NCBI GenBank assembly: GCA_963678065.2
Contig: CAXXVZ010000003.1
Span: 1,440,001-1,504,000, forward strand
Length of the DNA stretch: 64,000 bases
Source: Treponemataceae bacterium
Lineage (GTDB): Bacteria > Spirochaetota > Spirochaetia > Treponematales > Rectinemataceae
Direction: 5' to 3'
Below the pieces are notes generated by a model. It saw only the letters and a list, made by a program, of their open reading frames with translations. It had not been told where the DNA came from and made no database searches. Below, piece after piece: positions 19,710 to 29,371 of the stretch. Each line of letters opens with the position of its first letter. Within the stretch, counting starts at the first letter, position 1. A program made the position numbers and the translations under genes.

Positions 19710-20781
19710 GGTACGGTATGGACTCGTGGGATTCGGAGGCATCGCTGAGCACCGCATCGCGCGGGAAGGTTTCGGCCTGGACGGGGAAAGATTTTCAGGC
19801 AACGCGAACGCGATTCTGGTCGCGGCCACGGATACCGCCGGATCGAGAAGAGAGGCCGCGGCCGCGCTGGGAATAGAGTGGTGCCCCTCTGTCGGGGAGC
19901 TAGTCGCGCGCGCCGACATCGACGCGATCATCGTAGCGACGAACAATGCATCGCACTACGGGCTCGCGGAAATGGCTCTCTGCGCAGGCAAACATGTCTT
20001 CGTCGAGAAACCGCTCGCCACGCGGGCCGACGATGCGCTCGGGCTGAGACGCCTCGCTTCCGACCGGCGACTCAGTCTCGGAGTCGATCACATGATGACG
20101 CAGAATGCCTTCAACATTGAAGCACGGAGGTTGGTTGAGGAGAAGGCGATCGGCGATGTCGCCGACATCTGCCTGCACATGGAGTTCCTTTTCGGCTCGA
20201 CCGAGGCGGAGGCAGCGTCGTGGCGATGCTCGCGGCCGGATGAGTTGGGAGGGCCGATCGGCGATGTGGGATCGCACTGCCTGTACATGGCGGAGTTCCT
20301 GACCGGCAGCCGGATTTCTTCGATCGGCTGTGTCTATCTTCCGCCGACTCTCGGCATCGTGGTCGAAAATGGCGCGTTCATCCAGTTCTCGATGAAAAAC
20401 GGCCTCGGAGGATCGGCCCGCGTCGCCTTCAACCAGGCGCGGGGCGGTCTTTCCGGAACGATACGGAACCTTGGATACGAGATATACGGAACGGGCGGCG
20501 CTCTGCGGTCCCACGGAACGCTGTTCCAGCTATCCGGTCACCCCGATGAGCCGGTGAAGATCGGGCTCGAGCTGGATCGTGACGGTGTCGTCGACTCCGT
20601 CTCTCTCTCCGAACCGCGGAACATCTACCAGGCGCAGATATCGTCGCACGCGGACTCGATCATCGCGGGAAGGCCGCAGGACGGATGGGAGGGAATCAGA
20701 AACCTCGCCCTCCTCGAACTCTGCCACGACTCGGCGAGACAGGGAGGCGCGATGCTGGAGGTTCCCGAGCGATTCGCCTGA
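19702..20781 (+). CDS. Gfo/Idh/MocA-family oxidoreductase
   Basis: GLVGFGGIA, GKHVFVEKPLA, GGPIGDVGSH. Confidence 0.9.
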   Translation: MDKVRYGLVGFGGIAEHRIAREGFGLDGERFSGNANAILVAATDTAGSRREAAAALGIEWCPSVGELVARADIDAIIVATNNASHYGLAEMALCAGKHVFVEKPLATRADDALGLRRLASDRRLSLGVDHMMTQNAFNIEARRLVEEKAIGDVADICLHMEFLFGSTEAEAASWRCSRPDELGGPIGDVGSHCLYMAEFLTGSRISSIGCVYLPPTLGIVVENGAFIQFSMKNGLGGSARVAFNQARGGLSGTIRNLGYEIYGTGGALRSHGTLFQLSGHPDEPVKIGLELDRDGVVDSVSLSEPRNIYQAQISSHADSIIAGRPQDGWEGIRNLALLELCHDSARQGGAMLEVPERFA

Positions 20782-20783
20782 CT

Positions 20784-20814
20784 GCTGCGGGATATGAAAC
20801 CCGCCTGCGGATCA
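20784..20814. repeat. Short dispersed repeat filling a convergent intergenic gap
   Basis: GCTGCGGGATATGAAACCCGCCTGCGGATCA; terminal TCA is the lysA stop codon. Confidence 0.55.
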
Positions 20815-22050
20815 GAGCTCCAGCGTCGCGAAAAGGTCGTCCAGCGTCTCAGCCCTGCGGATCATCTTCACCGAGCCGTCGGGGCGGAGAAGGAGTTCGG
20901 CGCTGAGGAGCTTGCCGTTGTAGTTGAAGCCCATGGCGTGTCCGTGGGCGCCCGTGTCGTGGATGACGACGAGGTCGCCGGGGAAAACTTCCGGGATCAG
21001 CCTGTCGACGGCGAACTTGTCGTTGTTCTCGCACAGGGAGCCCGTGACGTCGCAGAGCATGGCGGGTCCCGATTTCCCTGGCACAGAGATGTGGTGGTAG
21101 GCGCCATACAGCGCGGGTCTCATGAGGTTCGCCATGCAGGAGTCCAGACCCACGTAGGTCTTGTACGTTCTCTTGACGTGGAGGACGCGCGAGACGAGGT
21201 AGCCGTAGGGCCCCGTGACCATTCTCCCTGATTCCATGAGGATCCTGATGTCGGGATGTCCTGTCGCGACGAGCCTGCCGTAGGCCGCCCGGATGCCCGC
21301 CGACACGCGCGCCATGTCGACGCGGTCCTGCTCCGGCCGGTAGGGAATGCCTATCCCGCCCCCCAGGTTGATGAAGTCGAAATCGATGCCGAGCTTTGTC
21401 CGCAACTGCGCGGCGAGGTCGAAGAGTATCGCCGTCGTCTCGATGAAGTAATCGGGATCGAGTTCGTTGGATGCCACCATCGTGTGGAGCCCGAAGCGCT
21501 TTACGCCCCGGGCCTTCAGGACCGCGAAGCCCTCGAAGAGTTGATCCCGCGTGAAGCCGTACTTGGCCTGTTCGGGTTTCCCTATGATGTCGTTGCCCTT
21601 CTTGAGGGAGCCAGGGTTGTAGCGGCAGCACACGAGTCCGGGAAGGCGGCCTGCGGCCCGCTCGAGGCAGTCTATATGGCTTATGTCGTCCAGGTTGACG
21701 ATGGCGCCGAGTCCGGCGGCCTTCGCGAATTCGTCGTCAGGAGTGTCGTTGGCGGTGAACATGATTTCCCCGCCGCGGAATCCGGCCCGCTCGGCCAGGA
21801 CAAGCTCCGCCAGCGAAGAACAATCGGCACCCATGCCCTCCTCCCTGAGTATTCCGAGGATCGCGGGATTGGGCAGGGCCTTCACGGCGAAATGGTTGCA
21901 AAACCCCCGGGGAACCCATGAGAAGGCCCCGCCCAGCGCCGCCGCGTTCGCGCGGATGGCGGCCTCGTCGTAAATGTGGAATGGAGTCGGATGGAGCGCG
22001 ACGATTTCCGAGAGACGTTCCGGCGTGAAGGGAAGGGTTTTCGCGTTCAT
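20812..22050 (-). CDS. lysA: Diaminopimelate decarboxylase
   Basis: TPFHIYDE, FAVKA (PLP lysine), NLGGGIG, ESGR, RPALYGAYH, GSLCENND, GAHGHAMGFNYNG. Confidence 0.92.
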   Translation of the reverse strand: MNAKTLPFTPERLSEIVALHPTPFHIYDEAAIRANAAALGGAFSWVPRGFCNHFAVKALPNPAILGILREEGMGADCSSLAELVLAERAGFRGGEIMFTANDTPDDEFAKAAGLGAIVNLDDISHIDCLERAAGRLPGLVCCRYNPGSLKKGNDIIGKPEQAKYGFTRDQLFEGFAVLKARGVKRFGLHTMVASNELDPDYFIETTAILFDLAAQLRTKLGIDFDFINLGGGIGIPYRPEQDRVDMARVSAGIRAAYGRLVATGHPDIRILMESGRMVTGPYGYLVSRVLHVKRTYKTYVGLDSCMANLMRPALYGAYHHISVPGKSGPAMLCDVTGSLCENNDKFAVDRLIPEVFPGDLVVIHDTGAHGHAMGFNYNGKLLSAELLLRPDGSVKMIRRAETLDDLFATLEL

Positions 22051-22056
22051 CCCGGA

Positions 22057-22086
22057 ACGATAGAGCGCCGGAGCTGATTCTGTCAA
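22057..22086 (-). promoter_or_regulatory. Promoter of lysA, leaderless architecture
   Basis: TTGACA-18 nt-TATCGT, 6 nt before ATG, no SD. Confidence 0.65.
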
Positions 22087-22201
22087 TTCATTGCGCGGTC
22101 GCTCTGTGCCCGACGGATGCGCGAACAAAGGGGCGCTTTCCTTTTTCCGCGTTCCGGTGTAAAATTCCGACCTTGCGAATACCGGCAACAAGGAGAACAG
22201 A

Positions 22202-23398
22202 ATGGATTCCAATGGCATCCGCGACCTCATCGCAGCGCTGAAGACCAAGAAAATCGATATGTTCCACAAGGACTTCCTCCTGACCTGGGAGAAGACCAGG
22301 GACGAGATCGACGCGACCTTCCTCGTCGCGGACATCCTCCGAGAGATGCGGCAGAACAACATCAGCCCCCGCATCTGGGATTCCGGCATCGCAGTCTCCA
22401 ACTTCCGCGACAATTCGACGCGCACGCGATTCTCTTTCGCTTCGGCCTGCGACCTCCTCGGCCTCTATGTCCAGGACCTCGACGAGGGCAAGAGCCAGAT
22501 CGCCCACGGCGAGACGGTGCGCGAAACCGCGAACATGATCAGCTTCCTCACCGAAGCCATCGGCATCCGCGACGACATGTACTTGGGCGAGGGCGACACG
22601 TACCAGCGCGAGGTCGGCACATCCCTCGATGCAGGCGTCGCCTCCGGCGTCCTTTCCGACCGTCCCACTGTCGTCAACCTCCAGTCCGACATCGACCATC
22701 CGACCCAGGCGATGGCCGACTTCCTCCACCTCGCCCACTACTACGGCGGCCTCGAGGCGCTCAAGGGCAAGAAGATCGCCATGAGCTGGGCCTACAGCCC
22801 CTCCTACGGCAAGCCGCTCTCCGTTCCCCAGGGCATAATCGGCCTCGCGAGCCGCTTCGGCATGGAGATCACCCTCGCCCACCCCGCGGGCTACGACCTC
22901 ATCCCGGAGGTCGTCGAGCTCTCCAAAAAACAGGCCGCCGCCTCCGGTGGATCATTCAGGCACGTCAACTCCATGGACGAGGCATTCGTGGGCGCCGACA
23001 TCGTCTATCCGAAGAGCTGGGCCCCCTACGACGTCATGCAGAAGCGCGTGCCCCTGCTGCACTCAGGCGATCAGGCCGGCCTCAAGGATCTCGAGAAGGC
23101 CTGCCTCGCCAACAACGCGAAGTTCAAGGACTGGGAGTGCACGGAAGAGAAAATGAAACTCACGGCGGGCGGCAAGGCGCTCTACATGCACTGCCTCCCC
23201 GCCGACATCACCGACGTGTCCTGCGCGGCGGGCGAGGTCGCGGCCAGCGTCTTCGACCGCTACCGCGACGACACCTACCGCGAGGCTTCCTACAAGCCCT
23301 ACATCATCGCTGCCATGATAGCGCTCGGCAAACTGGAGAATCCCGCCGCCACGCTGAACCGCCTCCTCGAGCGCGGCGCGACGCGCTTTGTACGGTGA
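22202..23398 (+). CDS. ygeW: Knotted carbamoyltransferase YgeW
   Basis: DFLLTWEKT, FRDNSTRTRFSFASA, HGETVRETANMISF, DHPTQ, WAYSPSYGKPLSVPQG, HCLPADI. Confidence 0.92.
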   Translation: MDSNGIRDLIAALKTKKIDMFHKDFLLTWEKTRDEIDATFLVADILREMRQNNISPRIWDSGIAVSNFRDNSTRTRFSFASACDLLGLYVQDLDEGKSQIAHGETVRETANMISFLTEAIGIRDDMYLGEGDTYQREVGTSLDAGVASGVLSDRPTVVNLQSDIDHPTQAMADFLHLAHYYGGLEALKGKKIAMSWAYSPSYGKPLSVPQGIIGLASRFGMEITLAHPAGYDLIPEVVELSKKQAAASGGSFRHVNSMDEAFVGADIVYPKSWAPYDVMQKRVPLLHSGDQAGLKDLEKACLANNAKFKDWECTEEKMKLTAGGKALYMHCLPADITDVSCAAGEVAASVFDRYRDDTYREASYKPYIIAAMIALGKLENPAATLNRLLERGATRFVR

Positions 23399-23529
23399 GC
23401 GTCGCGACGACGCGTTTCGTGCGGTAATCAGGCCGGCATGACGTGAGCGCTTGTCAAAGTTCATCATGCCGACCTGAAGATCCATAGGGAGGTTGCCTGA
23501 GCCGATCGGCCTCGGCTATGCTGCCTCCC

Positions 23530-24510
23530 ATGGAACACTTCATTCTTCCGAATACCGACCTTGATTCCTCGCGCCTGGCCTTCGGATGCATGGGCTTCGG
23601 CATCGACTGGAAGCGGACTCCCCATACAAGGACCGATGTAGACGCCGCCGAACGCTCGCTTCTGTGCGCGCTCGATGCGGGTTTCAACTTCTTCGACCAC
23701 GCGGACATCTACAAGGGTTCCAAGTCCGAATCCATTTTCGGCGAGGTGCTGGAACGCCATCCCGGAATCCGGGACGGAATCATCGTCCAGACCAAATGCG
23801 GCATCTTCCTTCGCGGCGATCCAGATCCGGAGAGCCCTGGCCGCTTCGACTTTTCCAGAGAACACATCCTCGAAGCCGCTCGCGGCAGTCTCGCCCGTCT
23901 CAAGTGCGGCCGCATCGACATCCTCCTCCTGCACAGGCCGGATCCCCTCATGGAGCCCGAAGAAGTCGCAAAAGCCTTCGCCATACTGAAAAACGAAGGA
24001 AGTGTCCGCTATTTCGGAGTCAGCAATTTCTCGGGAGCCCAGATGGCCTTCCTGCAGGATTATCTGCCCGATGCGCTCGTCGCGAACCAGCTTGAAATGA
24101 GTCTGAACCATTACGATTTTGCGGAGACGGACATTTCGGTGAACCAGAGGCCGAACCCGGTTCCGCAGGGTATGACCGACACTGTCCAGTATTGCAGGAA
24201 ACACGGCGTAACCCTCCAGGCATGGAGTCCTCTGGCTCACGGCAAGATCACGGCCAGAGACCTTCGGGACCAGCAGCCGAGCGAGCGGGAGACTGCCCTC
24301 CTCGTCCGCGCCCTCGCCGCCGAACGCGGCGTTCCGCCCGAAGCAGTGGCCATCGCCTGGCTCCTGCGGCACCCGGCCAGGATTCAGCCAGTCACCGGCA
24401 CCACGGATGAAGACCGCATCAGAGCCTGTGCCCGCGCGATGGAAGTGAGCCTTTCCCGCGAGGAATGGTACAACCTGTTTATCGCGGCCAGGGGAAAACC
24501 GATGCCCTGA
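23530..24510 (+). CDS. Aldo/keto reductase (YdhF-like)
   Basis: FDHADIY, QTKCG, LLHRPDPL, GVSNF, QAWSPL, AWLLRHP; start chosen 7 nt after TTGCCT-18-TATGCT. Confidence 0.9.
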   Translation: MEHFILPNTDLDSSRLAFGCMGFGIDWKRTPHTRTDVDAAERSLLCALDAGFNFFDHADIYKGSKSESIFGEVLERHPGIRDGIIVQTKCGIFLRGDPDPESPGRFDFSREHILEAARGSLARLKCGRIDILLLHRPDPLMEPEEVAKAFAILKNEGSVRYFGVSNFSGAQMAFLQDYLPDALVANQLEMSLNHYDFAETDISVNQRPNPVPQGMTDTVQYCRKHGVTLQAWSPLAHGKITARDLRDQQPSERETALLVRALAAERGVPPEAVAIAWLLRHPARIQPVTGTTDEDRIRACARAMEVSLSREEWYNLFIAARGKPMP

Positions 24511-24611
24511 CAGAAGATGGTGGCCGCGCGATAGTCCCATGGATCTCCCTCACGCGGGGCATCCATGTAGTCCGCACGCGGCGGTCCCCGCGTCACACAG
24601 CTCAGGCAGAC

Positions 24612-25050
24612 TTACCGGTAATCCGAAACAAAGGAAACGTCAGAGAGTTCGATCCCCGTCGGGTTGTTCCCGTCGCGCAGGATTTCGATGGTGCCTGTTC
24701 CAGCCGGCACGTCCACCTTGATCTCGCGGCCGCCCGAGGGGCCCCACCCTCCGTCTTCGACGATCTCGAAAATCCGCTCGACCGCACCCATTCTCACGCG
24801 GAATCTATTGCTCGTCTGCTGTGCCCCTGCGGCTGGTCATTCCAGGCCTTGAATCCGAGGAAGCCGCCCTCCGTCGTCGGCAGGTGGACGATGCCGCCCG
24901 TCCATCCGTGGTACTTCCGACCCGTATTCTTCCCGGTGAATATCCTGCCGACCTCGATGACGGGAGTTCCGATATCGCGGGTTCGCGTCACCGAGAAACC
25001 GCCGGGAAGGGGACGGTAGCCGTCGGAAAAGCGAAGCTCGGATATCTCGG
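24612..25050 (-). pseudogene. Probable gene remnant split over two frames (or two very small ORFs)
   Basis: Protein-like beta-rich text in one frame (...PVIEVGRIFTGK...GFLGFKAWND) continues in another (...RFRVRMGAVERIFEIV...IELSDVSF); no clear start or SD. Confidence 0.4.
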
Positions 25051-25061
25051 GAGGGCGGCGT

Positions 25062-26066
25062 TCAGGCGAAGTGGCAAGCGGCCCGGTGATCCGAGCCGAG
25101 ATCCCGGAGCTCGGGGATGCCGCCCGTCCTGCAGCGCTCTGACGCCTTCGGACATCGCGGCTCGAAGGGGCAGCCGGGGGGAGTCCACATCGGGCTCGGG
25201 GGCTCGCCGCGCAGGTCACAGGCAAGCGCGCGCTTCACGGCTGGATCCCAGCTGGGCGCGGACGCGAGGAGGGCTTCCGTGTAGGGGTGTCGCGGGTTCC
25301 CGAAGAGCTCCGCGGCAAAGCCTTCCTCGACCGTCCGGCCGAGATACATGACCGCGATCCTGTCGCTGACGTAGCGGACCAGCTCGAGGTTGTGGGAAAT
25401 GAAAAGGTAGGCGAGCCCCTCTGAACGCTGAATTTCGGTGAGAAGGTTGACGACCTGACTCTGGACCGAGACGTCCAGGGCGCTCGTCGGTTCGTCGCAG
25501 ACGATGAGGCGCGGTTTCAGCACGAGTGCCCGCGCGATCGCTATCCTCTGCCTCTGTCCGCCGGAAAACTCGTGAGGATAGCGGCCGAGGGCGTCCGCGT
25601 GCAGGCCGACCCGCGCAAGATAGTTCTCGAGCAGCCCGCGCGTCGCGCCCCTGGCCTTCGGAGAAGCAAAGGCGAGCCCGTGAGCCTCGAGCGGCTCGCG
25701 GAGGACCTCCTCGACGGTCATTCGCGGGTCGAGGGAGCCATAGGGGTCCTGGAATATCATCTGCACGTCGCGCCTGAAGGCGAGCTCTTCCCTGCGGTCG
25801 AGTCGCCTGAGCACGTTTCCGGAGCTTCCGCCTCGCGGAGTGTACTCGAGACTGCCCTCCCCGTCGTGGATCCTCGCGACGATGCGGCCCAGAGTCGTCT
25901 TGCCGCATCCGGACTCGCCCACGATGCCCAGGGTCTCGCCTTCATGGATGCGAAAATCGAAATGGTCGAGCGCCTTGAGCCAGCCGACTGTCTTCATGAA
26001 GACGCCGCGCCTGACAGGATAGTGTTTTCTCAGTCCGGCGCCCTCGAGTATGACGGCTCCCCTCAT
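25062..26066 (-). CDS. Oligopeptide/dipeptide-type ABC ATPase (OppF-like)
   Basis: GESGCGKTT, FSGGQRQR, CDEPTSALD, HPYT, C-terminal Cys motif. Confidence 0.92.
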   Translation of the reverse strand: MRGAVILEGAGLRKHYPVRRGVFMKTVGWLKALDHFDFRIHEGETLGIVGESGCGKTTLGRIVARIHDGEGSLEYTPRGGSSGNVLRRLDRREELAFRRDVQMIFQDPYGSLDPRMTVEEVLREPLEAHGLAFASPKARGATRGLLENYLARVGLHADALGRYPHEFSGGQRQRIAIARALVLKPRLIVCDEPTSALDVSVQSQVVNLLTEIQRSEGLAYLFISHNLELVRYVSDRIAVMYLGRTVEEGFAAELFGNPRHPYTEALLASAPSWDPAVKRALACDLRGEPPSPMWTPPGCPFEPRCPKASERCRTGGIPELRDLGSDHRAACHFA

Positions 26067-27127
26067 GCCACTCCTCCCTGGTACAGCCAGCAGGCGACCT
26101 CCCTCAGGCGGGGACCTGCGCCTTCCGCAGCTTGTCCTTCTGATGTCGGGATCGGCCCGTCTGCGGCCGATCCGATACATCCGCCCGAGCTATCCAGGGC
26201 GGCGAGCGGAGGCTCATCGCGGCGGCACCGTTCGCCCGCACGCAGGCAGCGCGGAGAAAAGCGGCAGCCCTGAGGAAGATCGAGAAGTTTTGGCACCGTT
26301 CCCGGTATGGAGGGAAGCGAATCTTTGCTCGACTCGCGCCTGATCCGCGAGGCCAGAAGTCCCGCGCCGTAAGGATGGAGAGGCCCCGGATTCCCGAAGA
26401 ACTCCCCGACAGTCGCTTTTTCGACGATGCGCCCCGCATACATCAGATGAACCCGGTCGGCCATCTCGGCGACGATCCCGAGATCGTGGGTGATGAAGAG
26501 AACGCCAGTCCCCCTCCTGAGACAGAGGTCCCGGATAAGCCTGAGCACCTGCGCCTGGATGGTGACATCGAGGGCCGTGGTCGGCTCGTCCGCTACAAGC
26601 AGCGTCGGTTCGTTCATGAGGGCGATCGCGATGAGGACGCGCTGGAGCATGCCGCCCGAGAGCCTGTGCGGATAATCGCGCAGACGGATCTCCGGATCAG
26701 GAATACCGACGGAGCGGAGAGACTCCACCGCCATCCGCTCCGCCTCGGCCCGTACAGCCTTCGCCGCGTGGGCGAGCCGGGCATCGACCATCTGCCCGCC
26801 TATCGTCGCGAGGGGATCGAAGGCCGACATCGGCTCCTGGAAGATCATGGCCATGGCTCCGCCGCGAAGCGAGGCCCGACGTTCCGGCCTGGCCTGTGAC
26901 AGATCCTCGCCGCGGAACAGGATACTGCCGGACTGGCTCACCCTGGAACCGGAATAGAGCCCCATGATACTGCGCGCGGTCACGCTTTTCCCGCAGCCGG
27001 ATTCGCCCACGAGCGCGAGCGTCTCCCCGGCCGCGAGCGAGAGCGAGATGCCGTCTACAGCCCGGACCTTGCCCTCAGGAGTCCTGAAAGAGGTCGCGAG
27101 ATCCCGGACATCGAGAAGAGTCTCCAC
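26063..27127 (-). CDS. Oligopeptide/dipeptide-type ABC ATPase (OppD-like)
   Basis: GESGCGKS, LSGGMLQR, ADEPTTALDVTIQAQ. Confidence 0.92.
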   Translation of the reverse strand: METLLDVRDLATSFRTPEGKVRAVDGISLSLAAGETLALVGESGCGKSVTARSIMGLYSGSRVSQSGSILFRGEDLSQARPERRASLRGGAMAMIFQEPMSAFDPLATIGGQMVDARLAHAAKAVRAEAERMAVESLRSVGIPDPEIRLRDYPHRLSGGMLQRVLIAIALMNEPTLLVADEPTTALDVTIQAQVLRLIRDLCLRRGTGVLFITHDLGIVAEMADRVHLMYAGRIVEKATVGEFFGNPGPLHPYGAGLLASRIRRESSKDSLPSIPGTVPKLLDLPQGCRFSPRCLRAGERCRRDEPPLAALDSSGGCIGSAADGPIPTSEGQAAEGAGPRLREVACWLYQGGVA

Positions 27128-27128
27128 C

Positions 27129-28277
27129 TCAGGCCTCCAGCTTGTCGACCGTTCCGTATGGGTCGAGCGCGTCGCGGGCCGCGTCGCCCACGAAATTGAA
27201 AGAGAGGACGGCCGCCATGATGAAGAGCCCGGGCACGAGGAGCCAGGGATGACTCTGGATCGCGTCGATCGACTGGGCCTGCTTCAGGAGGAGCCCCCAG
27301 CTCGTCATGGGTTCCTTGATTCCGAGCCCGAGGAAGCTGATCGTGCTCTCGCCCAGTATCATGCCGGGAACGGAGAGCGTGGCGACCACGACGAGATAGC
27401 CGGCCGTGTTCGGGATGATGTGCCTGAGGACAATCTTGAACGGCCTCCTTCCGGCGGCCTTCGCCGCGAGGACATATTCTTTCTCGCGCAGGGAGAGGGC
27501 CATGCCCCGGACGACGCGGGCGACGCCCATCCAGCCTATGAAAGACAGGACAATGACGATGCCGAAATACAGGGCAGTGCTCGGCCAGGTCGGCGGAATG
27601 ATGACTGCGAGGGCGAGCCAGAGCGGGATGCGGGGAAAGGAGCGCAGGATCTCTATCGATCGCTGGATGAGGACGTCGACCCAGCCTCCATAGAACCCCG
27701 AGAGTGCCCCGACGACGGCGCCGATGGCGACGGAGAGCACTGTCCCCACGACGCCGGCAGTCAGAGATACCCGGCTCCCGTACAGTATCCGCGAGAAGAG
27801 ATCCCGCCCGAACTGATCGCCTCCGAAGATGTACAGCACCGCGGGCGAATCCGCGCCGAGCCCGAAGAGGTGGATGTCCGCCCTGAACAGCCCGAAGACG
27901 GAGTATTCGTCGCCCCGGACGAAGAGCCCGATGCGGTGTGGCGTCGAGCGGTCCTCGCCGTACTCGAGGCGGAAGGTCACCGGATTGCGCGTCTTGCCGA
28001 GTCCGTACACGAAGGGGCCGATAAACCGGCCTTCGTGGATGAAGTGGATCCTGGAAGGAGCCGCGTAAAGGTAGCCTTCATTCGAGCTCGAGAACGCATA
28101 GGGAGCGACGAAATCAGCCAGCAGAGCGCCTGCGTAGAGCAGGCCGAGGACGACGAGGCCGACCCGGCCAAGTTTGTGCCGGGAAAAGGCCACAAGGGCG
28201 CGGTTCGTCTTTCTCCCGCCTCCGTGGCCGGGGGCCTTCTTCCCGCCGCCTGCGTGAACGGTATCCGGAGTGTCCAT
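27129..28277 (-). CDS. Opp/Dpp-type ABC permease (OppC-like)
   Basis: [50 protein letters not shown]. Confidence 0.92.
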   Translation of the reverse strand: MDTPDTVHAGGGKKAPGHGGGRKTNRALVAFSRHKLGRVGLVVLGLLYAGALLADFVAPYAFSSSNEGYLYAAPSRIHFIHEGRFIGPFVYGLGKTRNPVTFRLEYGEDRSTPHRIGLFVRGDEYSVFGLFRADIHLFGLGADSPAVLYIFGGDQFGRDLFSRILYGSRVSLTAGVVGTVLSVAIGAVVGALSGFYGGWVDVLIQRSIEILRSFPRIPLWLALAVIIPPTWPSTALYFGIVIVLSFIGWMGVARVVRGMALSLREKEYVLAAKAAGRRPFKIVLRHIIPNTAGYLVVVATLSVPGMILGESTISFLGLGIKEPMTSWGLLLKQAQSIDAIQSHPWLLVPGLFIMAAVLSFNFVGDAARDALDPYGTVDKLEA

Positions 28278-28291
28278 GGTTTCCTTAATCT

Positions 28292-29260
28292 TCAGCTCAT
28301 CCTGATCCGCGGATCGAGGAGGGCGAGAGCGAGATCGGCGAAAAGATTGCCGATCTGGGTGATGAAGGCTATCAGCATGAGGAAGGCCATCACGAGATAC
28401 TGATCCCCATTGAGGAGGGCCTCGTAGAAGAAGGGGCCCATGGTCGGCAGGCCCAGCACGATCGAGGCCGTTATGGTTCCCGAAAAAACTTCGGGCAGCT
28501 GCATGCCCGCGATGCTGACCATCGGATTGATGGCGTTCTTCAGGACCCGCGAACGGACTTTCCGCTCGGACAGGCCCCGCGCCCGCAGGGACTCGACGAA
28601 GGGCGCCCCCACGGCGTCGAGATAGTTGCCCCGCATGACGCGCATGAGCGATGCCACTCCCGCGGCGCCGACGACGAGGACGGGGACCCAGATGTGGCCC
28701 AGAAGGTCCAAGAATTTGGCTATCGACCAGGGCGCCCCGACGAAGCGGTTGGAGAAGAGCCCGCCGACACTCGTGGCGCCAGCGGACACGAGGGCGAACA
28801 TGATGAGGAGGGCGAGAAAAAAGTCGGGCACCGAGATGCCGAGGAAGGCCATTCCCGTGAGGGCATAGTCTCCGGGACTGCGGGGCCTCGTCGCCGAGTA
28901 GACCCCCAGGGGCACAGCGAGAAGCCACTGGAAGACGACGGCGAGGAGGGCTATGCCGATGGTCCAGCCCATGCGCTCGCCGATGAGGTCGACGACGGGC
29001 CTCTTGTAGGCGAAGGACCAGCCGAAGTCCCCCCGTCCGACGATGCCGCCCATCCACATGAGGTAGCGCTCGGCGGGGCTCTTGTCGAGCGAGAGCTGAG
29101 CGCGGATCACGCGTATCTGCTCCGCGGAGATGTCGGGATTGTTGAGGAACTGGGAGGCGTAGTCGCCCGGCTGAAGCTCGACAACCGTGAAACAGACGAC
29201 TGAGATGACCAGCATCATGGGTATCATGATGAGGATGCGGCGGATGGAGAATGAGAACAT
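28292..29260 (-). CDS. Opp/Dpp-type ABC permease (OppB-like)
   Basis: [30 protein letters not shown]. Confidence 0.92.
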   Translation of the reverse strand: MFSFSIRRILIMIPMMLVISVVCFTVVELQPGDYASQFLNNPDISAEQIRVIRAQLSLDKSPAERYLMWMGGIVGRGDFGWSFAYKRPVVDLIGERMGWTIGIALLAVVFQWLLAVPLGVYSATRPRSPGDYALTGMAFLGISVPDFFLALLIMFALVSAGATSVGGLFSNRFVGAPWSIAKFLDLLGHIWVPVLVVGAAGVASLMRVMRGNYLDAVGAPFVESLRARGLSERKVRSRVLKNAINPMVSIAGMQLPEVFSGTITASIVLGLPTMGPFFYEALLNGDQYLVMAFLMLIAFITQIGNLFADLALALLDPRIRMS

Positions 29261-29371
29261 CGGGGCTGACCTCGTAGGGGACAAGCTGAACGCGCCGCGA
29301 ACCGGACAGGGAAGGGGCAGCCGCCTCGGGCCACCCTTCCCTGCCACGGTCGGGCGTCTTTCGTCACTCGA

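Noticed and set aside
22051..22201. Lysine riboswitch upstream of lysA
   Set aside because: The promoter sits 6 nt from the ATG and the 151-bp gap is shared with divergent ygeW; no L-box features seen.
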